Assembly (NCBI GenBank): GCA_026396805.1
Contig: JAPLVZ010000016.1
Location: 8,122-72,121 of the forward strand
DNA from: Candidatus Falkowbacteria bacterium
GTDB taxonomy: Bacteria > Patescibacteriota > Patescibacteriia > Patescibacteriales > UBA12465
Direction of reading: 5' to 3'
DNA: 64,000 nucleotides
The notes beneath the pieces were generated by a model that saw only the letters and a program-made list of their open reading frames with translations, did no database searches and was not told the origin of the DNA. Positions 1 through 9,100 of this stretch are shown here, piece after piece (the stretch's first letter is position 1; every line of letters starts with the position of its first letter). The position numbers were made by a program, and so were the translations under genes.

Positions 1-505
1 CCCGACCGGCAGTGGGAAAATGGAAACTCAAATTTTTTAAATCGGAAATCGGCTCTTCCCCGCTCGTGTTAAGACTGGTCGAGACTAACGGGACGCCGAC
101 CCTATTTAATATTTTAATCAAAAATTTACTTTTAGGCAAACGCAGGGCTAAACCGTCGGAAGCGCCGGTCAATTCCTTGGGTAAATTGCCCCGTTGGCGT
201 AAAATGACCGTTGTCGGACGGGCGGCGCGCCAGTAACGCCTGATCAGTTCTTCTTGGCGGCGCGAAACAAAAACATACTTTTTCAGCATCGCCAAACTGT
301 TAACCAAAACCAATAAGGCCGACTTAGGGTCGCGTTTTTTTAAGTGAAAAATTTTCTTAATCGCGGTCTTATCGTCGGCGCGACAGCTTAAACCGTAAAT
401 CGTATCCGTCGGCAAAACTAAAACCCGTCCTTCTTTCAGGGAACGGGCGGCCGCCGCGATGAGTGACGTCTCAGCGTTAAGATTTTTAGTATAAGAATAA
501 ATCAT
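1..505 (-). CDS. tsaC: L-threonylcarbamoyladenylate synthase, TsaC/YrdC/Sua5 family (N-terminal ~168 codons; 3' end runs off the window)
   Basis: Absent from the ORF track because there is no stop in-window. Manual translation from ATG at 505..503 gives MIYSYTKNLNAETSLIAAAARSLKEGRVLVLPTDTIYGLSCRADD..., with the family-typical LPTDTxYGL motif. The frame is open to position 1. Confidence 0.8.
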   Translation of the reverse strand, partial: MIYSYTKNLNAETSLIAAAARSLKEGRVLVLPTDTIYGLSCRADDKTAIKKIFHLKKRDPKSALLVLVNSLAMLKKYVFVSRRQEELIRRYWRAARPTTVILRQRGNLPKELTGASDGLALRLPKSKFLIKILNRVGVPLVSTSLNTSGEEPISDLKNLSFHFPTAGR

Positions 506-506
506 T

Positions 507-1040
507 TCAAATAATCGCTCTTAGCGCTTTCAAGGCTTCCGGCAAAAGCGGCAAAATGATATTAACAACTTTTATTAAGAGCGGCGCGACGATGGAGTCG
601 GTCAGTTGTTCACCGAAGAAATTACTGATTAGAGTATAGCGGGAAATAACATAAATTATCAACCCGACGGATAAGGACCCTTCCAGCAACCCCAAGGCCG
701 CTCCCAAAAGATTATTGATATATTTGCTTCCCGGAATAACGGCGATAAAATTAAAAATCTTTTCAATGACAAAAAATAACAAAGCAGTCAGGCGCGCCAC
801 CAGCGCGAAGAGAATTATGAAAGCCAAAACCTTGGCGAAATTCTCGTGATCCGTCGCCCAATCTTTCAGCCAGTTCCATTTTGAGAGCAGCGCGTAAAAA
901 TTCAGATAAAAATGACTGGCGACATAAGCGCCGACTATCAACCCGGCAATATGGCCCAAGAGCTTGATCAGACCCTTAAATAAGCCGTTGATTACGAACC
1001 CGCCGATGAGGACGAGCAGAACGATGTCAAAAATTGACAT
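507..1040 (-). CDS. cvpA: CvpA-family integral membrane protein
   Basis: 177 aa with 4-5 hydrophobic helices. The N-terminus MSIFDIVLLVLIGGFVINGLFKGLIK is typical of CvpA. ATG start, TGA stop. Confidence 0.7.
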   Translation of the reverse strand: MSIFDIVLLVLIGGFVINGLFKGLIKLLGHIAGLIVGAYVASHFYLNFYALLSKWNWLKDWATDHENFAKVLAFIILFALVARLTALLFFVIEKIFNFIAVIPGSKYINNLLGAALGLLEGSLSVGLIIYVISRYTLISNFFGEQLTDSIVAPLLIKVVNIILPLLPEALKALRAII

Positions 1041-1086
1041 AATGTTTTTTATTAATTTTGAAAAAAATTTTCTCTTAAATCTTTAA

Positions 1087-2529
1087 CTAAACTCTGGGAA
1101 AAAGAATCTCGCCCTTCTTAACTTGCGGCGCCAGAAACTGTTCTTGAATTTTAATCGCCGCCGCCGGGATAAACGGTTCCAAGAGATAAGCGCTGGTTAA
1201 GATAACGGCCGCTAAAGGTTTTAAGGCCGCGGCTATCTCTTTCTTGTCCGTCATTTTCCAGGGCGCTTGACGGCTGATAATTTCATTGCAATCTTTAAGT
1301 TTAGTCCAAATTATCTGTAAAGCTTCATTAAAACGATAGCTCGACATGCTCGCTTCAAAATCCCGAACCGTCTCCTTAATATCCGCGTCCTGCGGATTAA
1401 TTTTCAAATCGGTCTTGATCTCATTCTTTTCCAGTAAGTTAGAAACGCGCGCCGCCAAATTTCCCAGGCCGTTGGCCAGGTCGGCGTTATAGCGCTCCTT
1501 AAATTTCTCCTCCGAGTAATCGCCGTCTTCAAAGGGCGGAATCTCCGCCAAAAGATAATAACGAACCGCGTCCGCGCCGTATTTACCTACCAGTTCAAAA
1601 GGATCGATGCTGTTGCCGAGGCTTTTGCTGATTTTTTGCCCGTTGACCGTCAGAAATCCGAAAACTAAAACTTGGAGAGAATTGGGCAGACCGGCCGATA
1701 AAAGCATCGCCTGCCACATCGCCGCCTGCGGCCGCAAATTATCCTTGCCGCAAACTTGCAGTCCCGGCCAATACTTTTTAAAATCCCCTTTTTCATCCGG
1801 CCAGCCCAGAGTAGAAATATAATTGACTAAAGCGTCGAACCAGACATACATCACTTGGGTCGCGTCGCCCGGAACCGCGAGGCCGTGCGGCATCTTCTCT
1901 TTCAGGCGCGAAATACTGAAATCCTGCAAACCGCCGGTCACGAAAGTTTTTATTTCTTTCAGGCGGCTGGTCGGTAAAACAAAAGACGGATTAGTCTCAT
2001 ATAATTTCAAGAGCGGTTCCCGGTATTTGGAAAAACGGAAAAAATAATTCTCTTCCTCAATAATTTCCAGTTCCCGATTAAGGTCGAGCGGACAGCGGCC
2101 GTTTTCTAAATCGGAATCGGTCTTTTCCAGCTCGCAGCCGACGCAATATTTTATCTTGTATGATTTTTTATAAATGTCGCCGGCGGCGGCGCATCTTTTC
2201 CAGAAGGCTTGAGCGGCGGCGGCATGGCCCTCGTCAGTCGTCCGGATGAACTTATCATAAGTCAGGTTCAATTTTTCTTTTAAAGGCCGGAACTTCGCCG
2301 AATACTCATCGCAGTAAGCCTGGATATCCATCCCCAGTTCCTGGGCTTTCTGATAAATTTTCAAGCCATGCTCGTCCGTGCCGGTATTAAAAAAAACCCG
2401 GCTCCCGCGCTGGCGCTTATAACGGGCGATAACGTCCGCCTTGATGATTTCCGCCGCGAAACCGATATGCGGTTCGGAATTGATATAAGGCAAAGTGGTG
2501 GTGATGTAAAAATGTTTGGAGTCTGGCAT
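1087..2529 (-). CDS. metG: methionyl-tRNA synthetase
   Basis: Class I motifs are present: PHIGF (HIGH-like) and KISKS (KMSKS). There is a CxxC...C zinc knuckle, and the N-terminus reads YITTTLPYINSEPHIG. Confidence 0.95.
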   Translation of the reverse strand: MPDSKHFYITTTLPYINSEPHIGFAAEIIKADVIARYKRQRGSRVFFNTGTDEHGLKIYQKAQELGMDIQAYCDEYSAKFRPLKEKLNLTYDKFIRTTDEGHAAAAQAFWKRCAAAGDIYKKSYKIKYCVGCELEKTDSDLENGRCPLDLNRELEIIEEENYFFRFSKYREPLLKLYETNPSFVLPTSRLKEIKTFVTGGLQDFSISRLKEKMPHGLAVPGDATQVMYVWFDALVNYISTLGWPDEKGDFKKYWPGLQVCGKDNLRPQAAMWQAMLLSAGLPNSLQVLVFGFLTVNGQKISKSLGNSIDPFELVGKYGADAVRYYLLAEIPPFEDGDYSEEKFKERYNADLANGLGNLAARVSNLLEKNEIKTDLKINPQDADIKETVRDFEASMSSYRFNEALQIIWTKLKDCNEIISRQAPWKMTDKKEIAAALKPLAAVILTSAYLLEPFIPAAAIKIQEQFLAPQVKKGEILFPRV

Positions 2530-2566
2530 AGTGGCTGTTGACTGACGTTTTTTATTTTAAAATTTA

Positions 2567-3271
2567 TTAACTGTCTTTTTGTTTTTTATTTATCAGGACG
2601 ACGAACTCTCCTTTTAAACTATGCGGGTCGGACCGCAGTTCTTCTAAAACTTTTTCCGGGGACCCGCTATAAAAACTTTCAAATAATTTAGTAAGTTCCC
2701 TGGCCACCTTAACTTCCGCCGGAATCTTTAATTCCGCGCTCATTTTAATCAGTTCTTCCAACAGTTTTATAATCCGGTGTTTAGATTCATAGACGACAGC
2801 CGGATATTCGCTTTTAAAAATCGCTTTGAGCATCGTCTGCCGGCCTTTCTTGTGCGGTAAAAATCCTAAAAATAAAAACCGGTCAAAGCCGACGCCGGCG
2901 ATAGAAATCGCCGCCGTTAAGGCGGACACTCCGGGAACGCTTTCAATTTTAACGGCGTCTCCCAGTTCTTCCCGAACCGCGGTGACGAGCTTACTGCCCG
3001 GATCCGACAGACCCGGCGTGCCGGCGTCACTTACGAGCGCCAAGTTCTTACCCTCTTTTAACAAAGCAATAATTTTATCAGTTTTTAAATCGCCGGAATG
3101 CTGATGATAAGATAGGGTCGGCGTAACTATCCGGTAATGATCCAATAATCTTTTGGTGATGCGCGTGTCCTCGCATAAAACAAAATCAGACTCTTTCAGC
3201 GTCCGCTCGGCGCGGTGAGTCAGATCTTTAAGGTTTCCTATCGGCGTGGCGACTATCCTTAAAATTCCCAT
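2567..3271 (-). CDS. rsmI: 16S rRNA (cytidine1402-2'-O)-methyltransferase RsmI
   Basis: VATPIGNLKDLTHRA...LCEDTR...LVSDAGTPGLSDPG is the tetrapyrrole-methylase fold signature of RsmI. Confidence 0.9.
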   Translation of the reverse strand: MGILRIVATPIGNLKDLTHRAERTLKESDFVLCEDTRITKRLLDHYRIVTPTLSYHQHSGDLKTDKIIALLKEGKNLALVSDAGTPGLSDPGSKLVTAVREELGDAVKIESVPGVSALTAAISIAGVGFDRFLFLGFLPHKKGRQTMLKAIFKSEYPAVVYESKHRIIKLLEELIKMSAELKIPAEVKVARELTKLFESFYSGSPEKVLEELRSDPHSLKGEFVVLINKKQKDS

Positions 3272-3276
3272 AATTA

Positions 3277-5001
3277 TTACATATTATCACGGCGCTCCCG
3301 AACATATTTAGTCCAGTCTTCCATTATTTCCACCAAGACTTTGAAAGGCGCTTCAATGATAAAATCGAACAAGAAGATAAAAACATTGATCTTGGCGAAC
3401 TCGCCCGATAACCAGCGTCCGACCAGAATTATCGGCATATAGAATAAATCCAAGAGGAAGGTGAAGAGATTTTCGCGGCGCTCCACGATTATCAGTTCTT
3501 TAACGCCTTTAGTCGTCAGGACGCTGAAGAAACTGACGAAAGCCAAGAAGAATAAAAAGATAATGATGCTGACCCAATTGAAATTTATCTTGTCTAAAGC
3601 CCAGATAACGACGAAGACCGAGAAACAAAAAGAGGCGGCGTAAATAAGGTGAAAAATCCCGTTTTTGAGCCAATTGCGGTGAAAATGGCGGCGCAGCATG
3701 ATCGGCTGCTTTTTTCCGCTGCCGGCAAAGGCGATTTCCTTGATGCCGCTGACGATTTTATCGGTATTATTATCTTGAGGCGTCCGCGTCAAAAAAACGA
3801 TAAAAAATAAAAGAGCGGCCGGGAAAGCGATATTAATCGCCAGAGAAATCGGGTTAAGCGGTTCATTGAAAAATTTTATCGCCGGAGCTTCTATTAAGAT
3901 GACAAAAATCGATTTCGTCAAAAAGATATAAATGATGCCCCTTAAGGCCGCTCGCCATAATCTTGACTTGGCTTTAAGGTATTTTTTATTGCAAACCTTG
4001 CGGATCAAGGCGACAAAACTTTTTTCGCCTTTCTGCAGTTCGCTGTAAACCTTGGCCGGATCGCTGTCAATAGTTTCGGACAGGATTGAAAAATATAAAG
4101 CATAAACCCGAACGATCTTATCCAACTGCTTGATGAGCGGGTGCGCGAGTTGAGCGTTAATCTTATCGCGCAAGGACAGGACGTGGCTGGCGATGGCCTC
4201 TATTTTCGCGTCCTCCGCCCCGGATAATTCCTCTTGAGAAGAAATGCCGAGCCATTCGGGATTATAATATTTAAACAGGACAAAACCGAGCATGTCCGCG
4301 TCAAACTTTAAGAAAGTGCGGTCGATGCTTAAATAGATCTGGATTTCCAAATCGGCTTCATAAGGCAGGTCGGCCGGTAATTTGATATTTTTTTGCAGGA
4401 CGGAAAAAAGATTGTCGACGATAGTCTGCTTGACCGGATTAGGCGTCAGGTTCTCTTCTATTTCGCAAGCGGCCAGATTTAAGAGCCAATGGATAAGATT
4501 ATTTTTTTCCCCGATCAAATCTTTGGCTTTATTGATATCCGTTTTCAGATTAAGCTCGATATTAATCTTGGCCGCGATCTTATTTTTCAGCCGGATATAT
4601 TTTTCCAATAAGCCGGCGATCTCGGAAATTTTCGTTTCCGGAATCGTATTATTTGACAAATAACTGCCGCGAATAAGTTCCACGAGCAGATGATTGGCAA
4701 TCTGCGGACCGTCGGTTTCCAGGACTACGCCTTCAATGACGATTTGGCGGCGCAAGATGCGAGCGATCGCGTTTTTACGCAAGAGGTGCTCTTCTTCGTA
4801 ATCAACCGCGTTCCGGACTTTTTCATAAAAAAAAGCGACCCGAGAAATAAGCGTGGAAACTTTAATCTTAGGAATATCTTCATCGATCTCTTCCTTTTTA
4901 TTTTTTTCGCTGTAAATAATCTGGAAGAGCTTCTTGGCGTCGTCACTGATTTCTACCGGGTGGTCATCTTCGCTATGTTTAGCTAAATTTGGACTAACCA
5001 T
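3277..5001 (-). CDS. hypothetical protein: ~330-aa helical soluble N-terminal part plus C-terminal multi-pass membrane domain
   Basis: 574-aa ORF with ATG start and host-like composition. The C-terminal third has several hydrophobic helices. I recognise no family. Confidence 0.6.
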   Translation of the reverse strand: MVSPNLAKHSEDDHPVEISDDAKKLFQIIYSEKNKKEEIDEDIPKIKVSTLISRVAFFYEKVRNAVDYEEEHLLRKNAIARILRRQIVIEGVVLETDGPQIANHLLVELIRGSYLSNNTIPETKISEIAGLLEKYIRLKNKIAAKINIELNLKTDINKAKDLIGEKNNLIHWLLNLAACEIEENLTPNPVKQTIVDNLFSVLQKNIKLPADLPYEADLEIQIYLSIDRTFLKFDADMLGFVLFKYYNPEWLGISSQEELSGAEDAKIEAIASHVLSLRDKINAQLAHPLIKQLDKIVRVYALYFSILSETIDSDPAKVYSELQKGEKSFVALIRKVCNKKYLKAKSRLWRAALRGIIYIFLTKSIFVILIEAPAIKFFNEPLNPISLAINIAFPAALLFFIVFLTRTPQDNNTDKIVSGIKEIAFAGSGKKQPIMLRRHFHRNWLKNGIFHLIYAASFCFSVFVVIWALDKINFNWVSIIIFLFFLAFVSFFSVLTTKGVKELIIVERRENLFTFLLDLFYMPIILVGRWLSGEFAKINVFIFLFDFIIEAPFKVLVEIMEDWTKYVRERRDNM

Positions 5002-5057
5002 AAAAAAATTAAGAATTAATAGTTCTTGCTGTTATTCTATATTATTTACCCGTAAAA

Positions 5058-5073
5058 AGCAATAAAAAGACCG
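5058..5073. repeat. left copy of a perfect 16-bp direct repeat AGCAATAAAAAGACCG
   Basis: Identical 16-mer at 5058-5073 and 11515-11530, read directly from the sequence. Confidence 0.95.
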
Positions 5074-5076
5074 AAT

Positions 5077-5118
5077 AAAAAAATCCTGCACACCACCCTC
5101 GAAGGGGCAGGCGCAGGA
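5077..5118 (-). terminator. rho-independent terminator downstream of the nuclease gene
   Basis: On the minus strand TCCTGC...GCAGGA forms an outer stem with an inner CCCT/AGGG stem, followed by T7 (A7 on the plus strand at 5077-5083). Confidence 0.65.
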
Positions 5119-5223
5119 GACTTTATGCTTATATATTACACTGCGGGTTATTTTGTGCCAATAAAAATTCGATTAATTAAAAATGTTTAATATTAAACTA
5201 ATTTTATCACTCTAGGCGACCAC

Positions 5224-5925
5224 CTATCTTGTTGTATCACCGTTACAAGTATCAGCGCCCCATAATCCTTTGCCGTCCTCTCTGGCATTTTCCTCTGCCT
5301 CTTTAAATTCTATTTGATATTTATAAGGATTACTTTGATAAGTATATTCGTGCGCATAACCCTCCGCTATCATTAATCGGTTAAAAGAAGTGCCGTCTTC
5401 TAAAAAAACGTATCTTAGTAAACGATTATATTTATCTCTTTCTCCCTGAGAACTATCAGCCTCTAGTTTTACCTTTTTCCCATTTAATATTTCTTTAGCT
5501 TTATTACTAGCTTCTTTAGCAAAACATTGAACCGGCTTACGTGGATCAACTATTTCGGGAGTATCTATACCAATAAGTCTCAAGGTTTCTTTTTTACCAT
5601 TTATGTTTACTTCAATAGTATCTCCGTCAATAACTCGGCTTACTAAAAATATTCCTTCCATAGTAATTTGTGGACTTGTCTCAACCAGAATAGGCCTGGA
5701 AATTGGGGCTTCATTTCTGGCTTGTATGTCTGTCGATTCTCTGGATTCTGCGCGAGCCTTTTTGATTTCAATCGTCGTGGGTTTGTTATGACAATGATAA
5801 TCACTTGTCTTTTTATTAGTATGACAACCATTGGCATCAGTTCTCCCGGAATGAGCAAAAACGCTTAATGGAAAAATAAGCAATAAAACAAAAGTTAAAA
5901 GTGTTAATTTAAAATTTTTAAACAT
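5224..5925 (-). CDS. secreted thermonuclease (staphylococcal-nuclease fold) with N-terminal YHYH-like Cys/His motif
   Basis: Signal peptide MFKNFKLTLLTFVLLLIFPLSVFA. HSGRTDANGCH...DYHCH motif. SNase core GDTIEV...LRLIGIDTPE...RLLRYVF...EGYA. Confidence 0.85.
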   Translation of the reverse strand: MFKNFKLTLLTFVLLLIFPLSVFAHSGRTDANGCHTNKKTSDYHCHNKPTTIEIKKARAESRESTDIQARNEAPISRPILVETSPQITMEGIFLVSRVIDGDTIEVNINGKKETLRLIGIDTPEIVDPRKPVQCFAKEASNKAKEILNGKKVKLEADSSQGERDKYNRLLRYVFLEDGTSFNRLMIAEGYAHEYTYQSNPYKYQIEFKEAEENAREDGKGLWGADTCNGDTTR

Positions 5926-5932
5926 TTTATCT

Positions 5933-6154
5933 CTATGGCATCACCGTCAGTCCAATAACTAACGATGTGCCAATAATTATACTGGCTATTATAATCGCTA
6001 CTCCTAGATTACCTTTTTTAATTTCTTCCCATTCATCAATCGGCGTAATCCACGAGAACACTTTAACTAAAATACTTAAAGCAAACGCCATCGAGATTGC
6101 TCCCGTTAACGCCCAACCAAAAGTAATAAGATACTGTTCGAGAATGTGTAACAT
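5933..6154 (-). CDS. DUF350-family small membrane protein
   Basis: 73 aa with two TM helices flanking ITPIDEWEEIKKGNLGVAI, the pattern I associate with DUF350. Confidence 0.65.
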   Translation of the reverse strand: MLHILEQYLITFGWALTGAISMAFALSILVKVFSWITPIDEWEEIKKGNLGVAIIIASIIIGTSLVIGLTVMP

Positions 6155-6180
6155 AAGTTTTAGTATATTTTTTAATTATT

Positions 6181-9100
6181 TTATTCCCAACTTCCCACGG
6201 TAATTTTACGAATATTTATGTCGCTGATACCTAATGACAGGTAGCGCATGATTTGATAAGCCGCCTCTCCGTTGGCTAGATAATATCTCTTACCATCTAC
6301 CGGATTTATATACCAGGCTTCGCCCCGGCTCTCAATTTGAATGACAATACGACCCTTCAGGCGATTTATAAGTGAAGTTGAATAAACTAGCTTCCCGGTT
6401 CCTAGCGGGTTGGTATTATTTTTTAAGACTTCATCTCCATCATTAACCCCGTCACCATCTGTGTCGGCTAATATAGAATTAGTGCCTAACCCTTCTTCCA
6501 GTTTATCTGGCAGGCCGTCCTTATCGGTATCAGTCATACTAAAACGTGATTCTTGACCGACAGGGATTTTATTTAAATCTGCGTTTTTAATACCTAAACC
6601 GAATTTACGAAGAGCACTATAGGCGCTGTCTCCGTCCGCTAAATAATAACGTTTCAGAGAAATTAAATCGAGATACCAGGCCTGGCCAAAGCGTTCAATC
6701 TGCAGTAATATCCGACCGGCAAGACGTTGTATTAACTTTGTGTCTATTTTAGTAGTTAAGGCTCTCTCTTCGGCTGTTACATCGGTAATCTTTACGCCTA
6801 ATACTTTCTTTTCTGCAACTATGGGCTCAGTCGAAACGGTTTGGTTAAGGATAGGATCAGTTGAAGTAGCTAACTGGCAGACTCTAGTTGCCTCTAATTG
6901 TTGGGGGGTAGTAAGGGTACAAGCGTCTGGAGTCTTGGTTAAAACTGTACGGGATTGTTGACTCCCCATACAGGTTTGCCAAGGAGAATACGTTACGGTT
7001 GAACAATAGGTGATATTACCACTTCCACCGCCACCACCACCGCCACCACCGCCACCACCGCCGCCAGAGAACACCGGAGCGGCAATAGCAACAGTCACAA
7101 CATATGATTGAGTTGAGTTATCAGCCGCAGTGACTGAATATGTAACTGGATTAGTAAAATTTTGAGCCACTCCACTTAGCGGGCTGACCGATGCCCCGGT
7201 GATGACGATAGTTGGGATAAGAGCGATAACGGCTGTGCCAGAAGGAACGGTTACCGAGATTGTTTTAGCAGATTCATTAATAACTCCCGTAACACTTGGA
7301 CTTGTAAAATTAAATGAGATAATTGTTTTTGCTGGATTGAGTGCAACAGTAACTGTATAAGTTACCGCAGTTATTCCATCCTGAGCTGTTACTAATAATG
7401 TGTCGCCTGTTACAACTGGGTCAGATACATCGGCGATATTCCATGTCTGGTGAGCTTCACTTTTAGTTAAGGCAGCTAAAAAGTTGGCCTTGGAAGTACC
7501 AAACGGAATATTGGTGATAATTTCAGAAGACGTCCCACTCGAAGTCACTGCATAAACAGCCGACGTGATTGTGGCCGTAGTACTTGGCGCTGCGACGGCT
7601 ACCGTCACCACGTAAGCCTGGGTTGAACCATCGGCCGCAGTGATTGTGTACGTAATTGGATTAGTAAAGTTTTGAGCTACTCCACTTAATGGGCTAACCG
7701 ATGACCCAGAAATGGCGATAGTCGGTATAAGAGAGGTTAAATTAGCGGCATAAGGTACAGTTACAGAAATTGTCTTGGCAGTTTCGTCAATAATGCCTTC
7801 GCCTTCCGGAAAGCTAAAAGCAGTAATTGCTTTAGCGGTGTTAGGCGCGACAACTACTGTCACCGTGTAAGCCTGGGTTGAACCATCGGCCGCAGTGATT
7901 GTGTACGTAATTGGATTAGTAAAGTTTTGAGCTACTCCACTTAATGGGCTAACCGATGGCCCAGAAATGGCGATAGTCGGTATAAGAGAGGTTAAATTAG
8001 TGGCATAAGGTACAGTTACAGAAATTGTCTTGGCAGTTTCATCAATAACACCCGTAGCACTTTGATCTACAAAATCAAATGAAGTAACGGCTTTAGCGGT
8101 GTTAGGCGCAACAGTAACTGTGACAGTATAGGTCTGGGTTGAACTATCAGCGGCTGTGACGGTATAGGTTACCGGATCAGTGAAGTCTTGAATCGCCCCG
8201 CTTAATGGGCTAACCGAAGCTCCAGCAGACGCCACAATAGTCGGAATAACAGCGGTAATATTGGTATCGAAGGGAACTGTTACGGCAATTGTATGAGCGA
8301 TTTCATTAATTGTAGTTGTGCCTACTTGAGAAGGAATAGTAAAAGCGGTAATTGCTTTGGCAGGACTAAGGGCAGTAGTTATTGTATAAGCTACTGTCGT
8401 TACTCCGTCCTGAGCGGTAACTACTAAAGTATTTCCAGTTACTACCGGGTCTGATATCCCATCGCTATTCCAGGTTTGATCAACTTGACCCTTGGTTAAA
8501 GCGGCTAAAAAGGCGGTTTTTGATGTGCTAGAAGGAACGCCAATAATAGTTTCCGAAGATGTTCCGCTAGCACTGACCGTGTATGTTCCGGATGTGATTG
8601 TGGCAACGGCGCTTGCTGGCAATTTAATTACAGTTAATGTAAATACTTTTGTATCAGTGACATCACCCTTGGTGATTGTCGCCGTCATTGTGCTGGTGGC
8701 GTTCCCGCTAGCGAAAGTTGGCCTATTAATTGTTTGTCCGTCGCCAGAAACAATGTTTATATTGCTTGATTCCCAAGTAATTGTTGAACTGCTGGCTAAT
8801 CCGGTTGCTGGCAACGGATTTGTTAGAGCCACGGTAATATTTGATAGGTCAGCATTTTCACCCTTAATTAAATTATCTACTAAAGCGGCCTTATCGGCGG
8901 CAACGGCGGAAATATCTGGATTAGCGGCAACGTTTACTGTCACGACATAAGCTTGGGTTGAAGAGTCGGCGGCGGTGACAGTATAGGTGGTTGTAGCGGT
9001 AAAATTATTAGCTACCTCGCTCAATGGGCTAACCGATGCTCCGGTAATAACGATGGTTGGGATAAGAGCCGTCACATTAGTACCGTAAGGAACAGTGACG

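Noticed and set aside
12-236. 74-aa plus-strand ORF at the left edge
   Set aside because: It lies antisense to a well-supported tsaC/yrdC-family reading frame (LPTDTIYGL motif) that is open across 1-505 on the minus strand. It is a shadow ORF.
5206-5224. ATCACTCTAGGCGACCACC next to the nuclease stop resembles the tRNA 3'-end fragment at 63911-63934 (shared CGACCACC)
   Set aside because: Only an 8-mer is exact, which is expected about twice by chance in 128 kb of two-strand sequence. The rest needs three gaps, which is too weak to call a second att-like copy.
7024-7065. Gly14 codon tract as a phase-variation (on/off) switch
   Set aside because: The tract is a mixed GGT/GGC/GGA triplet run, so slippage would change linker length in frame rather than switch the gene off. 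It could still be length-variable.
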